DNA of 25,841 nucleotides from an uncultured Methanosarcinales archaeon (GCA_964583885.1 CAZOXR010000002.1:1-25841); one strand, 5' to 3'; positions 15,601 through 22,457 are shown, counted from the stretch's first letter. Notes: generated by a model not told the origin, from the letters alone. Numbers and translations: made by a program.

Positions 15601-17292
15601 AGAATCATATAATGTTCCAGTTGATGTTGTAAACACAACTGACAAGTTATTCTGCATAAAGTCATAAACTTCACTTAGTGTTCTTGTTTCATTAATCAGG
15701 ATACTTCCACCATAGCTATAGACAAAGGTAACATCAGAACCATTTTGGTTATCATTGAACCAAATTTCACCTGTGTCGTAGCTTATATTGAATTCACCAT
15801 TATCATCAGGCGCGCCTGTAACTTCTGTTAGTTTAGTTCCGTTTGTAGTATTATCCCAACCAAAGACAGCAAAGTATTCTGATTGTGTAATCGGATAATT
15901 GTCTATTGTACAATTATCTCCACAGTCAGACTTAATCTCGCTTCCGTAACTGACTTTTGTTGGAGCTGTGTACGTAATTCCAGTCTCATTTCCTGCGCCA
16001 ACAACGAATGCTGCAACTCCTAACTGGACTTCCTCAGATGTTTTTGCAGTTAAGATCTTAAGCGCTTCTGTGAATGATTTCTCAAAGTACCTTATGTATA
16101 ATGTAAATGGTCCTACGTCAGTAGAATTACTTAGGGTAGTTGCATTATAGGTAACAGATGTAAAGTTCTGAGTAACTATCTCGCCTTTTGGGCTGAGCTG
16201 AGTTATAACATCAAATACAGTATCTCCTGATTCATCAAGTAATTTAGCACTGACATTAGCTATGCCAACACCTGCAGTATCAGTTACCTTAAGATCATAT
16301 GTATATTTTCTATCAAAAGAGCCATTTTCAATCCCTATCCATGTAAAGTTCCATGTGGTTGAGTCAATATTTCTTATGCTGCCTCCAGCACCATCAGATG
16401 ACCATCCAAAGCCCTCCTTGAAGTTCAATGTCCTTGTGCTGGATTCTAAGATATCTCCACTCTGAGTTCCACTATCCCCTAAAATAATGTCAACATAAGA
16501 ATCATATAAACTTCCAGTTGTGGTTGTAAACACATCAGACAGGTTAGCCTGCATATAATCATATATATTTGACAAAGTCTTCTCTCCAGTAATCCTTATA
16601 GAGCCACCATAACTGTAAACAGCCCTTACTATAGCCGTTTCATAACCATCATCAAATGTAACATTGCCTGTTGCATAATCAATAGTATACTCACTGGATG
16701 GAATCTTTTTACCAGTTGAGTCATTGTACACATTAAAGAACTCTGATTGTGTAACAGGGATATTGTCCAATATAATGTGATCATCTGTACCAACTGTTTC
16801 ATTCTCTCTACTATCATAACTAACTTCAGTTGGAGCAGTATAATTAGTCCCATTCTGAATAGATGCATTTACTAAAGTTAAAACTGCAAATGCATTAGTA
16901 GATAGCTGTGTTTCTTCATCAGTCTTTGTACTTAACACCTTATATGCATCAACAAAACTCTTTCCGTAGGTCTTTATCTTCTGAGTAAATGGACCAATGT
17001 CAGTCATTGTGTTAGAATCAGAATACACATAAGTGCCATATGTAAATATCTGGCTAGGTATCTTACCAGAACCATTTGTAAGCTCATTGAATACAAGATC
17101 GCCATGCAAATCCTTAAGGTTAATAGTTACATTTCCAAGAGCAGTACCGCCAGTGTCAGTTACAGTCAGATCATATGTATACTTTCTAAAGAAAGTGTCA
17201 TTATCTGCTTTCCATGTAAACTGCCATGTATCTGATTCAACGTTTATTGTAGTGCCGTTAGCACCTCCAGCTGACCATCCAAAGCCACTATC
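6679..17292 (-). CDS. Giant multidomain surface protein lacking its own N-terminus: repeated ~295-aa modules, Ig/MG2-like domains, helical stalk, TM helix and ~600-aa cytoplasmic E/K/R coiled coil
   Basis: Frame is open from 17292 (after TGA 17293-17295) to TAA 6679. The track start 17109 is an internal TTG (same codon reads ...NLKDLHGD... in the second copy). No signal peptide; TM YWPIILIILSVLTIFAYLV at ~8530-8590; many N-x-S/T sequons. Confidence 0.85.
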   Translation of the reverse strand, partial: DSGFGWSAGGANGTTINVESDTWQFTWKADNDTFFRKYTYDLTVTDTGGTALGNVTINLKDLHGDLVFNELTNGSGKIPSQIFTYGTYVYSDSNTMTDIGPFTQKIKTYGKSFVDAYKVLSTKTDEETQLSTNAFAVLTLVNASIQNGTNYTAPTEVSYDSRENETVGTDDHIILDNIPVTQSEFFNVYNDSTGKKIPSSEYTIDYATGNVTFDDGYETAIVRAVYSYGGSIRITGEKTLSNIYDYMQANLSDVFTTTTGSLYDSYVDIILGDSGTQSGDILESSTRTLNFKEGFGWSSDGAGGSIRNIDSTTWNFTWIGIENGSFDRKYTYDLKVTDTAGVGIANVSAKLLDESGDTVFDVITQLSPKGEIVTQNFTSVTYNATTLSNSTDVGPFTLYIRYFEKSFTEALKILTAKTSEEVQLGVAAFVVGAGNETGITYTAPTKVSYGSEIKSDCGDNCTIDNYPITQSEYFAVFGWDNTTNGTKLTEVTGAPDDNGEFNISYDTGEIWFNDNQNGSDVTFVYSYGGSILINETRTLSEVYDFMQNNLSVVFTTSTGTLYDSYVDIILGDEENGTGILNESATRTVNFEDGFGWSAGGANGTTINVESDTWQFTWKADNDTFFRKYTYDLTVTDTGGTALGNVTINLKDLHGDLVFNELTNGSGKIPSQIFTYGTYVYSDSNTMTDIGPFTQKIKTYGKSFVDAYKVLSTKTDEETQLSTNAFAVLTLVNASIQNGTNYTAPTEVSYDSRENETVGTDDHIILDNIPVTQSEFFNVYNDSTGKKIPSGEYSVDYETGNVSFDDGYETAIVRAVYSYGGSILVTGNKTLSQIYDYMQANLSDVFTTGTGSIYTSYVDLILGIGSSNKTLIFDSQADWNVGTFSHTNTTPGGSVTLNMTGGEYASNGTFTSQIFDANSSADWKNVTWDNVSVPKTNVTFQLRSCYDVSCTGSVFVGPDNTNTTYFINNTGEDLSAIGNISDNQFFQFRAFLKTNDSDLTPQLLWVNVSYKKFQQVGRIKEPSAKTLNFEDGYGIGGTNTSSYSVNLQSSDWQFTWKGPTNGTFYQQYSFKLKVIDSAGNAIEDANVSLTDSAGNLVFSKLTNEGGNITEYEITYATYNYTNGSDATTFTPHVLSITKTSYVTSSGQVVVTSPQDLLYTLSTSCDPDSDYNYALLYPMTFNNVTEKITVWGSNGSDGHTAIGSNESDPITFEHIFQFGKAKYGSCAVTNPASGTYAVLVPLDIGNTTSELNTTYVKTSGQSVDFAKQVRMLPNARLISGLLSEDENPYSGSTLSFSGVDTWNVSEEGQLYLLNDSYLELYDSFLLHKLIVNESNYSMLYWWGDIIAKRSSFENWWTIRFLSDNNTLEDIVITNVGEGFYPAINQTGTLDTIKSRKTEEEGVYFAYGVDVNITDLTITETNGSHVRVLNYTGTANLLNPSLNWSNITWTTGSFSGTINRKYTYDLTTTDSAGSALPNVSIKIIDVKGDSLFDLKSDSDGEIPQQTLTRSIFDYTYKTGNDQGPHTLYLKKYGKSFQEIAKEFSAATVETTQLADNPFTTSDRTEVQAKNISGIVFNPPGVISYEDEVYTNFTKTGDLNNTPITQSEFFTVFGWDNVTNGTKLTLVTDTPDANGEYSINYETGRLTFFNNQSEQDTNVIPAYSYGGNITIVTGTASADCITMQDLYDFMQANLSDVLTTVDGTAYTSYVNLIIGNITTKGGCIKDSTKSLSFEDGYTYSFSSVGGYIDLLGTTSGSGSGGLPLNIFDDVGTQFNPGDMVRIFSTTVDSDGALVAADVTVTVYYPNETTLSTGSSTSISTGRFRYNFTLPSTVPTGTYRVDIDATYSDDEVYDNLAFKVEAASSGGGSTGGLPLNIFNTMGHSYQPGADVIISSTTVNSSGHLVNASVNITIKKPDGTTQVSSWSDLQSTGRFEYSFEAAASPQGTYTADISANYSGYEIHDTEAFIVSVNAGSGNASFPPRVHVEAPAVIEVNTPFNIVVLTTDEDGVVTDCSSNTSNITIRDTMNNTKVVDDQPMDKFGTGLYNYSYSTPKQSTYVAIAECTVSAVEYIGIKEFSTEDVSSSGGSGSSTGGLPLNLFSSVGPFYSPNDEIAVFATITNSSGVLVNATVNVSVFYPNSTTLNSSQATELALGRYKYNYTLPSSAPIGTYEVRIDANYSGSEMHDTLTFIVSSAIEDIKANLTQIIDAIDNTIIPYLQDINKTVNDSYNYLQNTIFPKVNDANSTISDVLNKWGTYNASTIYIKINDTYNDTRNLLTKWGTYNAELLYNVSNLTYTQTISIYNDMATASALANVQTNVTWLINNVATEENITTIISKIDIIDSNVSTLITRTDCSNPTNSVLCDYLNDINTTVDWLKDNVATQSNISDIQSNLTEIITRLTEINTTTQNSYDYLQNTIYTSLNETWNNTERILSYIGTPSDSESANTLFGEHAYTQNRIADIQVNLTDLKTIVTQINVTTFEINNTVSSILTTVNNLTDLHQCLADPNSTICSILNSIESTVDSLQLGVTIVDFEIDSLAAVSPRYASEEVQIEATFSYSNGSLASPASYNLTVLYPNGAVWFSYNTGFNDDNNDGVYIWDEVSLSDDPTTGAYSVHLWANDSSGREASKAAMFRVATGGPYSVTLDCPTSSDVGSSLGCTLTIIDEGDFEVESTCDVWVDTDKNEQRDTGEPQKRDSQETDPEENVTKVYSMDVPSSHPTGTYLAWVSCSYAGSAQPPSTAYDSLILTSAAAPEEAPAPSGGPGKKIIKAIVIEEEEVPEEITLFDVKIKILPRYTEIPAGSALAAEISIYNIGEISTKEKDTKVTYLIKDLDGKIVVSDDETIAIKDKVEFVKEISVPKDLESGEYTFVVEIRYEDKFAIGSARFNIIEEISIEKPAPPKAPSYWPIILIILSVLTIFAYLVHETKKRRDESEPETEITHKFRPKKRLERDVSIKTLKELYIKSEEEELKKELEKERRKTEELRKREEKERRRDEERLKKEVQVELRRQEERKKFEEEEIKAEELKRREESTRIEEQKKRDNEERLKKQLEEEKRKQEELRKEEELIKQIELRKLEKHKRKLTEQIKLEEERKAREEMLKKELEEERRKQERLRKQEELIKLEELKRLEKGSIMAEELRKQVEVKRIEEDEIEDEEERLKKELEDELRKQEDLRKQVVVKRGKEERTSEDDRRKAEELRKEEEFKKVEEEKRKQEERRKQEELKKREELIKLEELKKLEEEKRKVEERGAKEELEEVKTTLEELRKQEEERLKKELEDERRKQEELKKQEEEKKKLEELRKQEEEVKAREENLKKELEEERRKTEELRKKQEEERKAEEQRKQEEEIKAREENLKKELEEEKRKQEELRKLEEGRLKKEIEEEKTKQEEIRKEEESRKQEELKKIEEEKRKADEESLKKELEEERRKTGELRRRQQDEKKAEDERKIVGERKTREEKLKKELEEEKRKQEEIKITEEQKRNEDEKKRDEEERLKKEIEVEKGKEYKPLTTKVIEEAHPKRIERAHDNKGLVSKLKEVYA
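6689..6695 (-). promoter_or_regulatory. Shine-Dalgarno site for minD inside the 3' end of the giant gene
   Basis: AGGAGGT 11 nt upstream of the minD ATG; the giant-gene TAA (6679-6681) is 1 nt from that ATG. Confidence 0.7.
6790..8420 (-). repeat. Imperfect coding repeats in the E/K/R-rich cytoplasmic tail
   Basis: About 12 copies of an LKKELEEE(R/K)RKQEEL-like motif; a 41-aa duplication (123-nt offset, 7224 vs 7347); an exact 30-bp copy at 7591 and 7921. Confidence 0.85.
10453..10551. repeat. 21-bp exact direct repeat encoding KWGTYNA twice (78-nt period)
   Basis: AGCATTATAAGTTCCCCATTT at 10453..10473 and 10531..10551. Confidence 0.85.
14927..15516. repeat. 590-bp perfect direct repeat, copy 1
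   Basis: Base-for-base identical to 16697..17286 (offset 1770 nt = 590 codons); similarity continues with mismatches to about 14710/16480. Confidence 0.95.
16697..17286. repeat. 590-bp perfect direct repeat, copy 2
   Basis: Identical to 14927..15516; identity ends abruptly after AAAGCC (17286), followed by ACTATC here versus GTCCTC in copy 1. Confidence 0.95.
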
Positions 17293-20200
17293 TCAGAAGA
17301 ATTTGCCTGTGAATAATCAGTTCCATCTGAAGTTGTTATCTGGCACTTTACAACATCTTCTGCTGATGTCTCATCACTAACCAGAGTGAACTGGTCTTTT
17401 TGGTCAGAATATATAGCATATATCTGTGAAGCAGACAGGCTTCTGTTAAATACCCTCACTTCGTCTATTAAGCCATCAGCATCTCCTCCATGGTCATCTA
17501 TTCTTGACCCAATAACACAACTGACAGTAGCAGAAATAGCAGTATTGAAAGCATCATAAGTCACATTTTTATCTTTTGTGCCATTAAGATACATAACAAC
17601 ATCCTTGCCATTATCTAATGTAATAGCAACATGAGTCCATACATCTAAAGTGACATTTGACTTCCATTGGAATGCAGTTGCGCCCCATCTTTCAATGCCT
17701 AGTGTCTGGAATGTTCCTGCAGGACCTCCAGTAATAGAAAACATCTTGTAAGTATTTGTTGTGCCATAAGAGAACCAAGTATCATAGCCTCCCATTGCTC
17801 TTGGCTTCATCCAAAACATTATAGTTCTTGAACTGTTGCCTGTTGGAAGGTTTGATGTTCCGCAGTCTATATAGTCATTACTGCCATCAAAGTCATAAGC
17901 TCCAGAGCCATTAATGCCTCCTGTCTTGTTCCACGAAGAGCCATTTATCCATCCATGATTGTCTTCTCCGCTAAAATCATAGGTCCAGTTAGTAGAATTA
18001 TGCTTTGTATCAAAAGACATATGTAATTGTGTCATTGAGATATTGTTAATAAACCAGTTATAGCTGTTAAATAATGCATCATCATCTTCATCTGATTGTG
18101 TTGTATTGATGCATGTCAGATTAGCATAGGTCATATTCTTTGGGTGGGTTGTTGAGTTCAATTTTGGCGCAGAGATTGTTGGTGGCTCATTATAATCCAT
18201 AGTGACATTCAGAACATACTCGCTGAATAACTTATCTTTTGAAGTTAAGCTTACATTATACTGCACAAACCTTGCTTCTGGATTTGTTGAAGCCTGAATC
18301 CAATCAGTATACTTCAAAGCAGATGTTTCATAAAGTTCTTTTACTTCTGTTGTTGTCAAAGATTGGTTGAATACCATAACTTGGTCTATTGAACCGTTCC
18401 AATAACTTCCCACTGTATTTGGTCTTCTTCCAATACCTACATCTATAACTGCTCCAGGAATATCTCCACCAGCATTATTCTCACTATTAGTTTGTAGTCC
18501 GTCATAGTAAGTATAATAATCATCACCGTTTCTGACACCGCAATAATGATGCCATTCATCTGTTACAGGAGTTATTCTAAAACCAATATTTGCACCATTC
18601 CTATTAAAGTAAGCACAACCTACTGAAGAACACCTAATTATTTGTTCATTAAGTCCTGTACTACCATCTGTTTCTACAATGTTTCTTTCAGTTCCATCTA
18701 ATCCATTAGCATTCGCCCAAGCACAATGAGTATAGTTACTTGAACCTACAATTAAATTATTGCTGTCTGATACTAAAATCCAATCATTTACACCATCAAA
18801 ATCACACCCAGCATCAATGAAGCCTGTTGTGTTCTGGCAAGTTGCACCTAATATTTCCCCATGATTTTCGTAGCCTGAAGAATCTAAAACATGAGTTCCA
18901 TTAAAGTAAGCTGTTCCATTATCCATGCTCCAAAAGCCGGTTAAGTTCTCAAGATTAACATTAGAGCCATTATAGATTGGAGAATAGCTATCTGTTGCAT
19001 TGCCTTCTGAAACTCTTATTTTGGTTACTGTTGCGTTTGCAAAAGAATCATAGTCTGGATGTGTGCCATTTGTTGCATTAAACATCTCTGAAATCTCTGT
19101 TGCTGATAATGAATAATTAAAAATCATAGTTGAATCTATTGTCCCATTAAAACTTGAGCTGCCTCCTTCTGCACCAATCCATAAATTTCCAGTAATATCA
19201 TTTGAACTTAGATTTCCTCCTCCACTTCCCTCTAATACTCCATCAACCCAAATCTGTCTGCCTGTTCCATTCCAGATAAAAACAAGATGATACCATTGTT
19301 CTTTATCAAAAGCTCCTGCTGCACCTGCATATAACCAACCTGCATCAGTATCCCATATCCCTACTTGATCTGAATTATCATAACCCCATATTATTCTTGG
19401 TGTGTCTGAACTATATAATCCCAACATAGAATTGGATGAGCCTGATAGAGTAGGGTAAACCCATTGACTTATACTTATAGCGTCTCCATTAAAAACAGGT
19501 GAAGTTACAGTAATAGAATTACCACTACCCCCTTTAAAATTCATTCCATATTCCCCATTATGTGCATCGCTAGTAAATGTTGCACCAGTGATTGTTCCGT
19601 CATTACTATAAGTACTTTCATCATAAACTGTTGAGCCAGAACCTTCTTCAAATCTCCATAAGCCAAGAATAGAATCATTTACATTAAAGTCTCTTGAAGA
19701 GTTTAAAGAAACATTAAGGATCTTTCTGTTTGTGCCTATGTCTAATGGTTTTGCAACAGAGAACCATCCAGATGTAAGTGACTCATTTATTGTAACAGAG
19801 TAATCAGGTGGTGACTCACGCCAGTCTTTTCCAAAGTAAAGACCAGTATAGCCTGTTGTATTAGAGTCAATAACTTGTATTACTGTTGGATCAACAATAT
19901 AGTCAAACTCAACAGAATCACCAACAATCTCTAAATCAAATGTTGAATAACTGTCATTCAAAGCAGTTAAATAAACCTTATAATAAGATTCCGCTGATAT
20001 ATTATTGAATGTAGCTATTAACTCATTTCCTTGCTCAGTATAGACCGCTATACTAGAGCCTGAATCAGACCTTGCGTAAATTGTAATATCTTTAGAACTA
20101 TCAAGCGCTTCTTTGAAAGTAGCCCTTACATAATGTCCAGCAGGTATTGGCTCTGACCAATAGTCATCCTGCGCCTTCACATGTTCATAAATATCAGATA

Positions 20201-22073
20201 CAAAGTTTCTATCTGAATCCAGATGCTCTGCAGCGCTAATCTCAATAATTAGCTCATATGTCTGGCTGGATAGTGAAGGAACAACCCATTCAATATAGTC
20301 AATCAATGAGTTACCATTAGTGTCATAAGCATCAAAGCTGGCTACTTCTCTGCCAGAATCCTTTAGCCAGTAAAGTTTAATTTGTCCTTCTCTTGCTTCT
20401 GTTGGAAGTGAAGTATAGGCTAGAATGTTAGTATAATGCACTGAAGAGCTAATTACAACCTGTTTCCTGCTAGAACTGATTTCTTCTTCAACTGCTTCTG
20501 GAGCTGGTGTTTCATACTCTATTTCAACTTCATCTACTTCTTCTTCTATTATTAATTCAGTAGTATCTTGAGATGCAACTGTATCAACTACTGCAGAAGC
20601 AGTTATCAAATTATAAGTATCAACATAATTAACCCTGTTCTTTGTCTTTATTTTTGCTTCCTTTACTTTTTCCTTTACCCTCTTATAAACAAACTTGTTA
20701 ACAGAAACATTAGTTGCTTCTTTTGGTAAGATCACAGTAAGGTTGCTTGTTTTGTTTGCAAGCTTAACAATCTTCTTCCATTTGACTGGCTTGCCAATAA
20801 CAGCACTATACTGTATTACTTCTTCTTCAGAAACAGTGGCATTACTAACCTTAGCCAAACTTACAACTTCAAGCTCTTCTAAAACAGAGTAATCAACACT
20901 GTCAATCGCTAAAGTAGCATTAGAGACATTAAATATCAATGTATAGAATGTCTCATTGAACCCAGATAACAAACAAGTATCAACACAAACATCATTAAAG
21001 CTTATCCTATCATCAGAGAAAGTTGCATTCAAGCTTCCCCATTCTGAGTTATGTATATCTGAATAAGGGTTCTCCAAACTAGCATTATAATCAACATAAA
21101 GCACTTGAGAAGAAATAACATTATTAACAGAAGCTCCATGCTGGCTATACGCAGATAAAAAGTCTTCATCCCATTCCAAAGATGTAGGCATTAATCCAAT
21201 AAAGTTACAGCATGCCTCAGCACCATAACAAACAGTTGTTATCTCTTCATTATCAGCTGAATAAGTCTCCCATTTTGTACAAACCTTAGAAAAGTCAACA
21301 TTCCAGCTAAAGTCAGTATTCTCAACTGTAAAGTCAATTATACCATCACTTGCCTCAACACCATCATCATCTGGATCATATGCAGTACCAGAAGCATAGT
21401 CAAGATTAATTATTATATTTTTAGTGATATTTGTTTCATTTATTGGTATAGTTTCATTTATTATTGATATATTTTCTAATGGTTTTGTCTCATTGATTGT
21501 TTCGTTTATTGGTATTGTTTTATTGGTTTGATTTGTTTCATTGGTTATTTCACTAGTTTCATTTGAAACAGCCAATCCAGTTATGCCGGCAATCCATTCC
21601 CCTACTAGGGTATCACTATCAAACACAACATACTTAACGCCTTTATGCAGGACATAAACCTGCGCATAACCATCCTTGCTAATAGAACCACTTATTTTTA
21701 ATGATCTCAAATCACCAGGATTCTCTAAGAACCAAGCATGTTCAGAATTAGAATCAATTACTAAACCCAAATCCTGCGTATAATTGTTCTCAACAGTTAT
21801 CGTTGTATATCCTGTTAGTGCTGGCTTAAAGACAAAGAACCCTACAGCTAAGAATATAATAACTAACAAAGCTAGGGGTATCTTTAGATGCTGTTGGCTT
21901 CTTTCTTTGTTTTCATAAGAATCAAGGTCTTTTTGTGATTTAGAAATATGCTCATTACAAAAGTCAAGCTGATCATTTAACAGAACCATCTCTGCTAAAA
22001 TCTTTCTTTTTGTGGATAAACCTAACTGAATATCTTTCCTCAATTTGTCTCTTTTTTTATTTACTGAATGCAT
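17244..22073 (-). CDS. N-terminally membrane-anchored surface protein with three LamG/concanavalin-like domains; probably the N-terminal part of the giant gene
   Basis: TM IPLALLVIIFLAVGFFVF after a charged N-terminus. LamG signatures LGLWRFEEGSG...W.H.VFIW...IDSTMIFN.SLS, LTGFWSMD...FDGVNDWI...IDQVMVFN, and HMSFD...FDGSNDYID...IDEVRVFN. The last ~14 codons are an out-of-frame reading of repeat copy 2. Confidence 0.85.
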   Translation of the reverse strand: MHSVNKKRDKLRKDIQLGLSTKRKILAEMVLLNDQLDFCNEHISKSQKDLDSYENKERSQQHLKIPLALLVIIFLAVGFFVFKPALTGYTTITVENNYTQDLGLVIDSNSEHAWFLENPGDLRSLKISGSISKDGYAQVYVLHKGVKYVVFDSDTLVGEWIAGITGLAVSNETSEITNETNQTNKTIPINETINETKPLENISIINETIPINETNITKNIIINLDYASGTAYDPDDDGVEASDGIIDFTVENTDFSWNVDFSKVCTKWETYSADNEEITTVCYGAEACCNFIGLMPTSLEWDEDFLSAYSQHGASVNNVISSQVLYVDYNASLENPYSDIHNSEWGSLNATFSDDRISFNDVCVDTCLLSGFNETFYTLIFNVSNATLAIDSVDYSVLEELEVVSLAKVSNATVSEEEVIQYSAVIGKPVKWKKIVKLANKTSNLTVILPKEATNVSVNKFVYKRVKEKVKEAKIKTKNRVNYVDTYNLITASAVVDTVASQDTTELIIEEEVDEVEIEYETPAPEAVEEEISSSRKQVVISSSVHYTNILAYTSLPTEAREGQIKLYWLKDSGREVASFDAYDTNGNSLIDYIEWVVPSLSSQTYELIIEISAAEHLDSDRNFVSDIYEHVKAQDDYWSEPIPAGHYVRATFKEALDSSKDITIYARSDSGSSIAVYTEQGNELIATFNNISAESYYKVYLTALNDSYSTFDLEIVGDSVEFDYIVDPTVIQVIDSNTTGYTGLYFGKDWRESPPDYSVTINESLTSGWFSVAKPLDIGTNRKILNVSLNSSRDFNVNDSILGLWRFEEGSGSTVYDESTYSNDGTITGATFTSDAHNGEYGMNFKGGSGNSITVTSPVFNGDAISISQWVYPTLSGSSNSMLGLYSSDTPRIIWGYDNSDQVGIWDTDAGWLYAGAAGAFDKEQWYHLVFIWNGTGRQIWVDGVLEGSGGGNLSSNDITGNLWIGAEGGSSSFNGTIDSTMIFNYSLSATEISEMFNATNGTHPDYDSFANATVTKIRVSEGNATDSYSPIYNGSNVNLENLTGFWSMDNGTAYFNGTHVLDSSGYENHGEILGATCQNTTGFIDAGCDFDGVNDWILVSDSNNLIVGSSNYTHCAWANANGLDGTERNIVETDGSTGLNEQIIRCSSVGCAYFNRNGANIGFRITPVTDEWHHYCGVRNGDDYYTYYDGLQTNSENNAGGDIPGAVIDVGIGRRPNTVGSYWNGSIDQVMVFNQSLTTTEVKELYETSALKYTDWIQASTNPEARFVQYNVSLTSKDKLFSEYVLNVTMDYNEPPTISAPKLNSTTHPKNMTYANLTCINTTQSDEDDDALFNSYNWFINNISMTQLHMSFDTKHNSTNWTYDFSGEDNHGWINGSSWNKTGGINGSGAYDFDGSNDYIDCGTSNLPTGNSSRTIMFWMKPRAMGGYDTWFSYGTTNTYKMFSITGGPAGTFQTLGIERWGATAFQWKSNVTLDVWTHVAITLDNGKDVVMYLNGTKDKNVTYDAFNTAISATVSCVIGSRIDDHGGDADGLIDEVRVFNRSLSASQIYAIYSDQKDQFTLVSDETSAEDVVKCQITTSDGTDYSQANSSEIVALDGQLEVLTALQ

Positions 22074-22103
22074 CTATATGCCTCTCTCAGTGGATCTATT
22101 TTA

Positions 22104-22145
22104 CTTTACAAACTTGAGTATCTCTTCCCTTATATTATGATATTT
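22104..22145. repeat. 42-bp exact copy of the start of the wHTH gene (22328..22369)
   Basis: CTTTACAAACTTGAGTATCTCTTCCCTTATATTATGATATTT at both positions, offset 224 nt. Confidence 0.9.
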
Positions 22146-22180
22146 ACTAGGAACATCAGTATGTCTCTCTTTTAGCAGAC

Positions 22181-22372
22181 CTATTTTACTAACCATAAAT
22201 TTACACCTGCTTTTTTCAGCCTGTCAACTTTTCCTTCTATAACCAGCTCTAGCATGTATTTATCAGCTGTATTCCACGAAATCTTGAAATGAGAAGCTAG
22301 TTCAGAAGTAGTTACCACTCTGTTTTTCTTTACAAACTTGAGTATCTCTTCCCTTATATTATGATATTTCAT
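22181..22372 (-). CDS. Small winged-helix DNA-binding protein (stand-alone wHTH, DeoR/FaeA-like)
   Basis: IREEILKFVKKNRVVTTSELASHFKISWNTADKYMLELVIEGKVDR: HTH pattern followed by a wing. Confidence 0.8.
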   Translation of the reverse strand: MKYHNIREEILKFVKKNRVVTTSELASHFKISWNTADKYMLELVIEGKVDRLKKAGVNLWLVK

Positions 22373-22375
22373 AAG

Positions 22376-22436
22376 TTATTACATATCTTATTACATATGA
22401 ATATTCATAATATTGAGGAGTATTTAAATCTTTCTG
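22376..22436 (-). promoter_or_regulatory. BRE/TATA promoter with candidate operator upstream of the wHTH-giant gene unit
   Basis: Minus strand AGAAAG-A-TTTAAATA (TATA 22421-22428); perfect 14-bp palindrome TATGAATATTCATA (22396..22409); 11-bp direct repeat TTATTACATAT at 22376 and 22388. Confidence 0.6.
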
Positions 22437-22457
22437 AATGGGTAGAATTCTAGGGAT

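Noticed and set aside
14828-17286. Diversity-generating retroelement TR/VR pair
   Set aside because: 590 bp are identical, mismatches in the flank are not adenine-specific on either strand, and there is no reverse transcriptase in the window.
17247-17292. Programmed -1 ribosomal frameshift joining the LamG and giant ORFs
   Set aside because: No X-XXY-YYZ slippery heptamer where both frames are open, and the junction enters a module mid-way, which fits a DNA-level join better.
14859-17380. Duplicated small ORFs (14859..15098 and 16629..16868; 15263..15601 and 17033..17380)
   Set aside because: Alternative-frame or antisense readings duplicated only because they lie in the 590-bp repeat.
22104-22369. 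CRISPR array or IS terminal repeats
   Set aside because: Only two direct copies, one of them coding; no spacers, cas genes, transposase or inverted ends.
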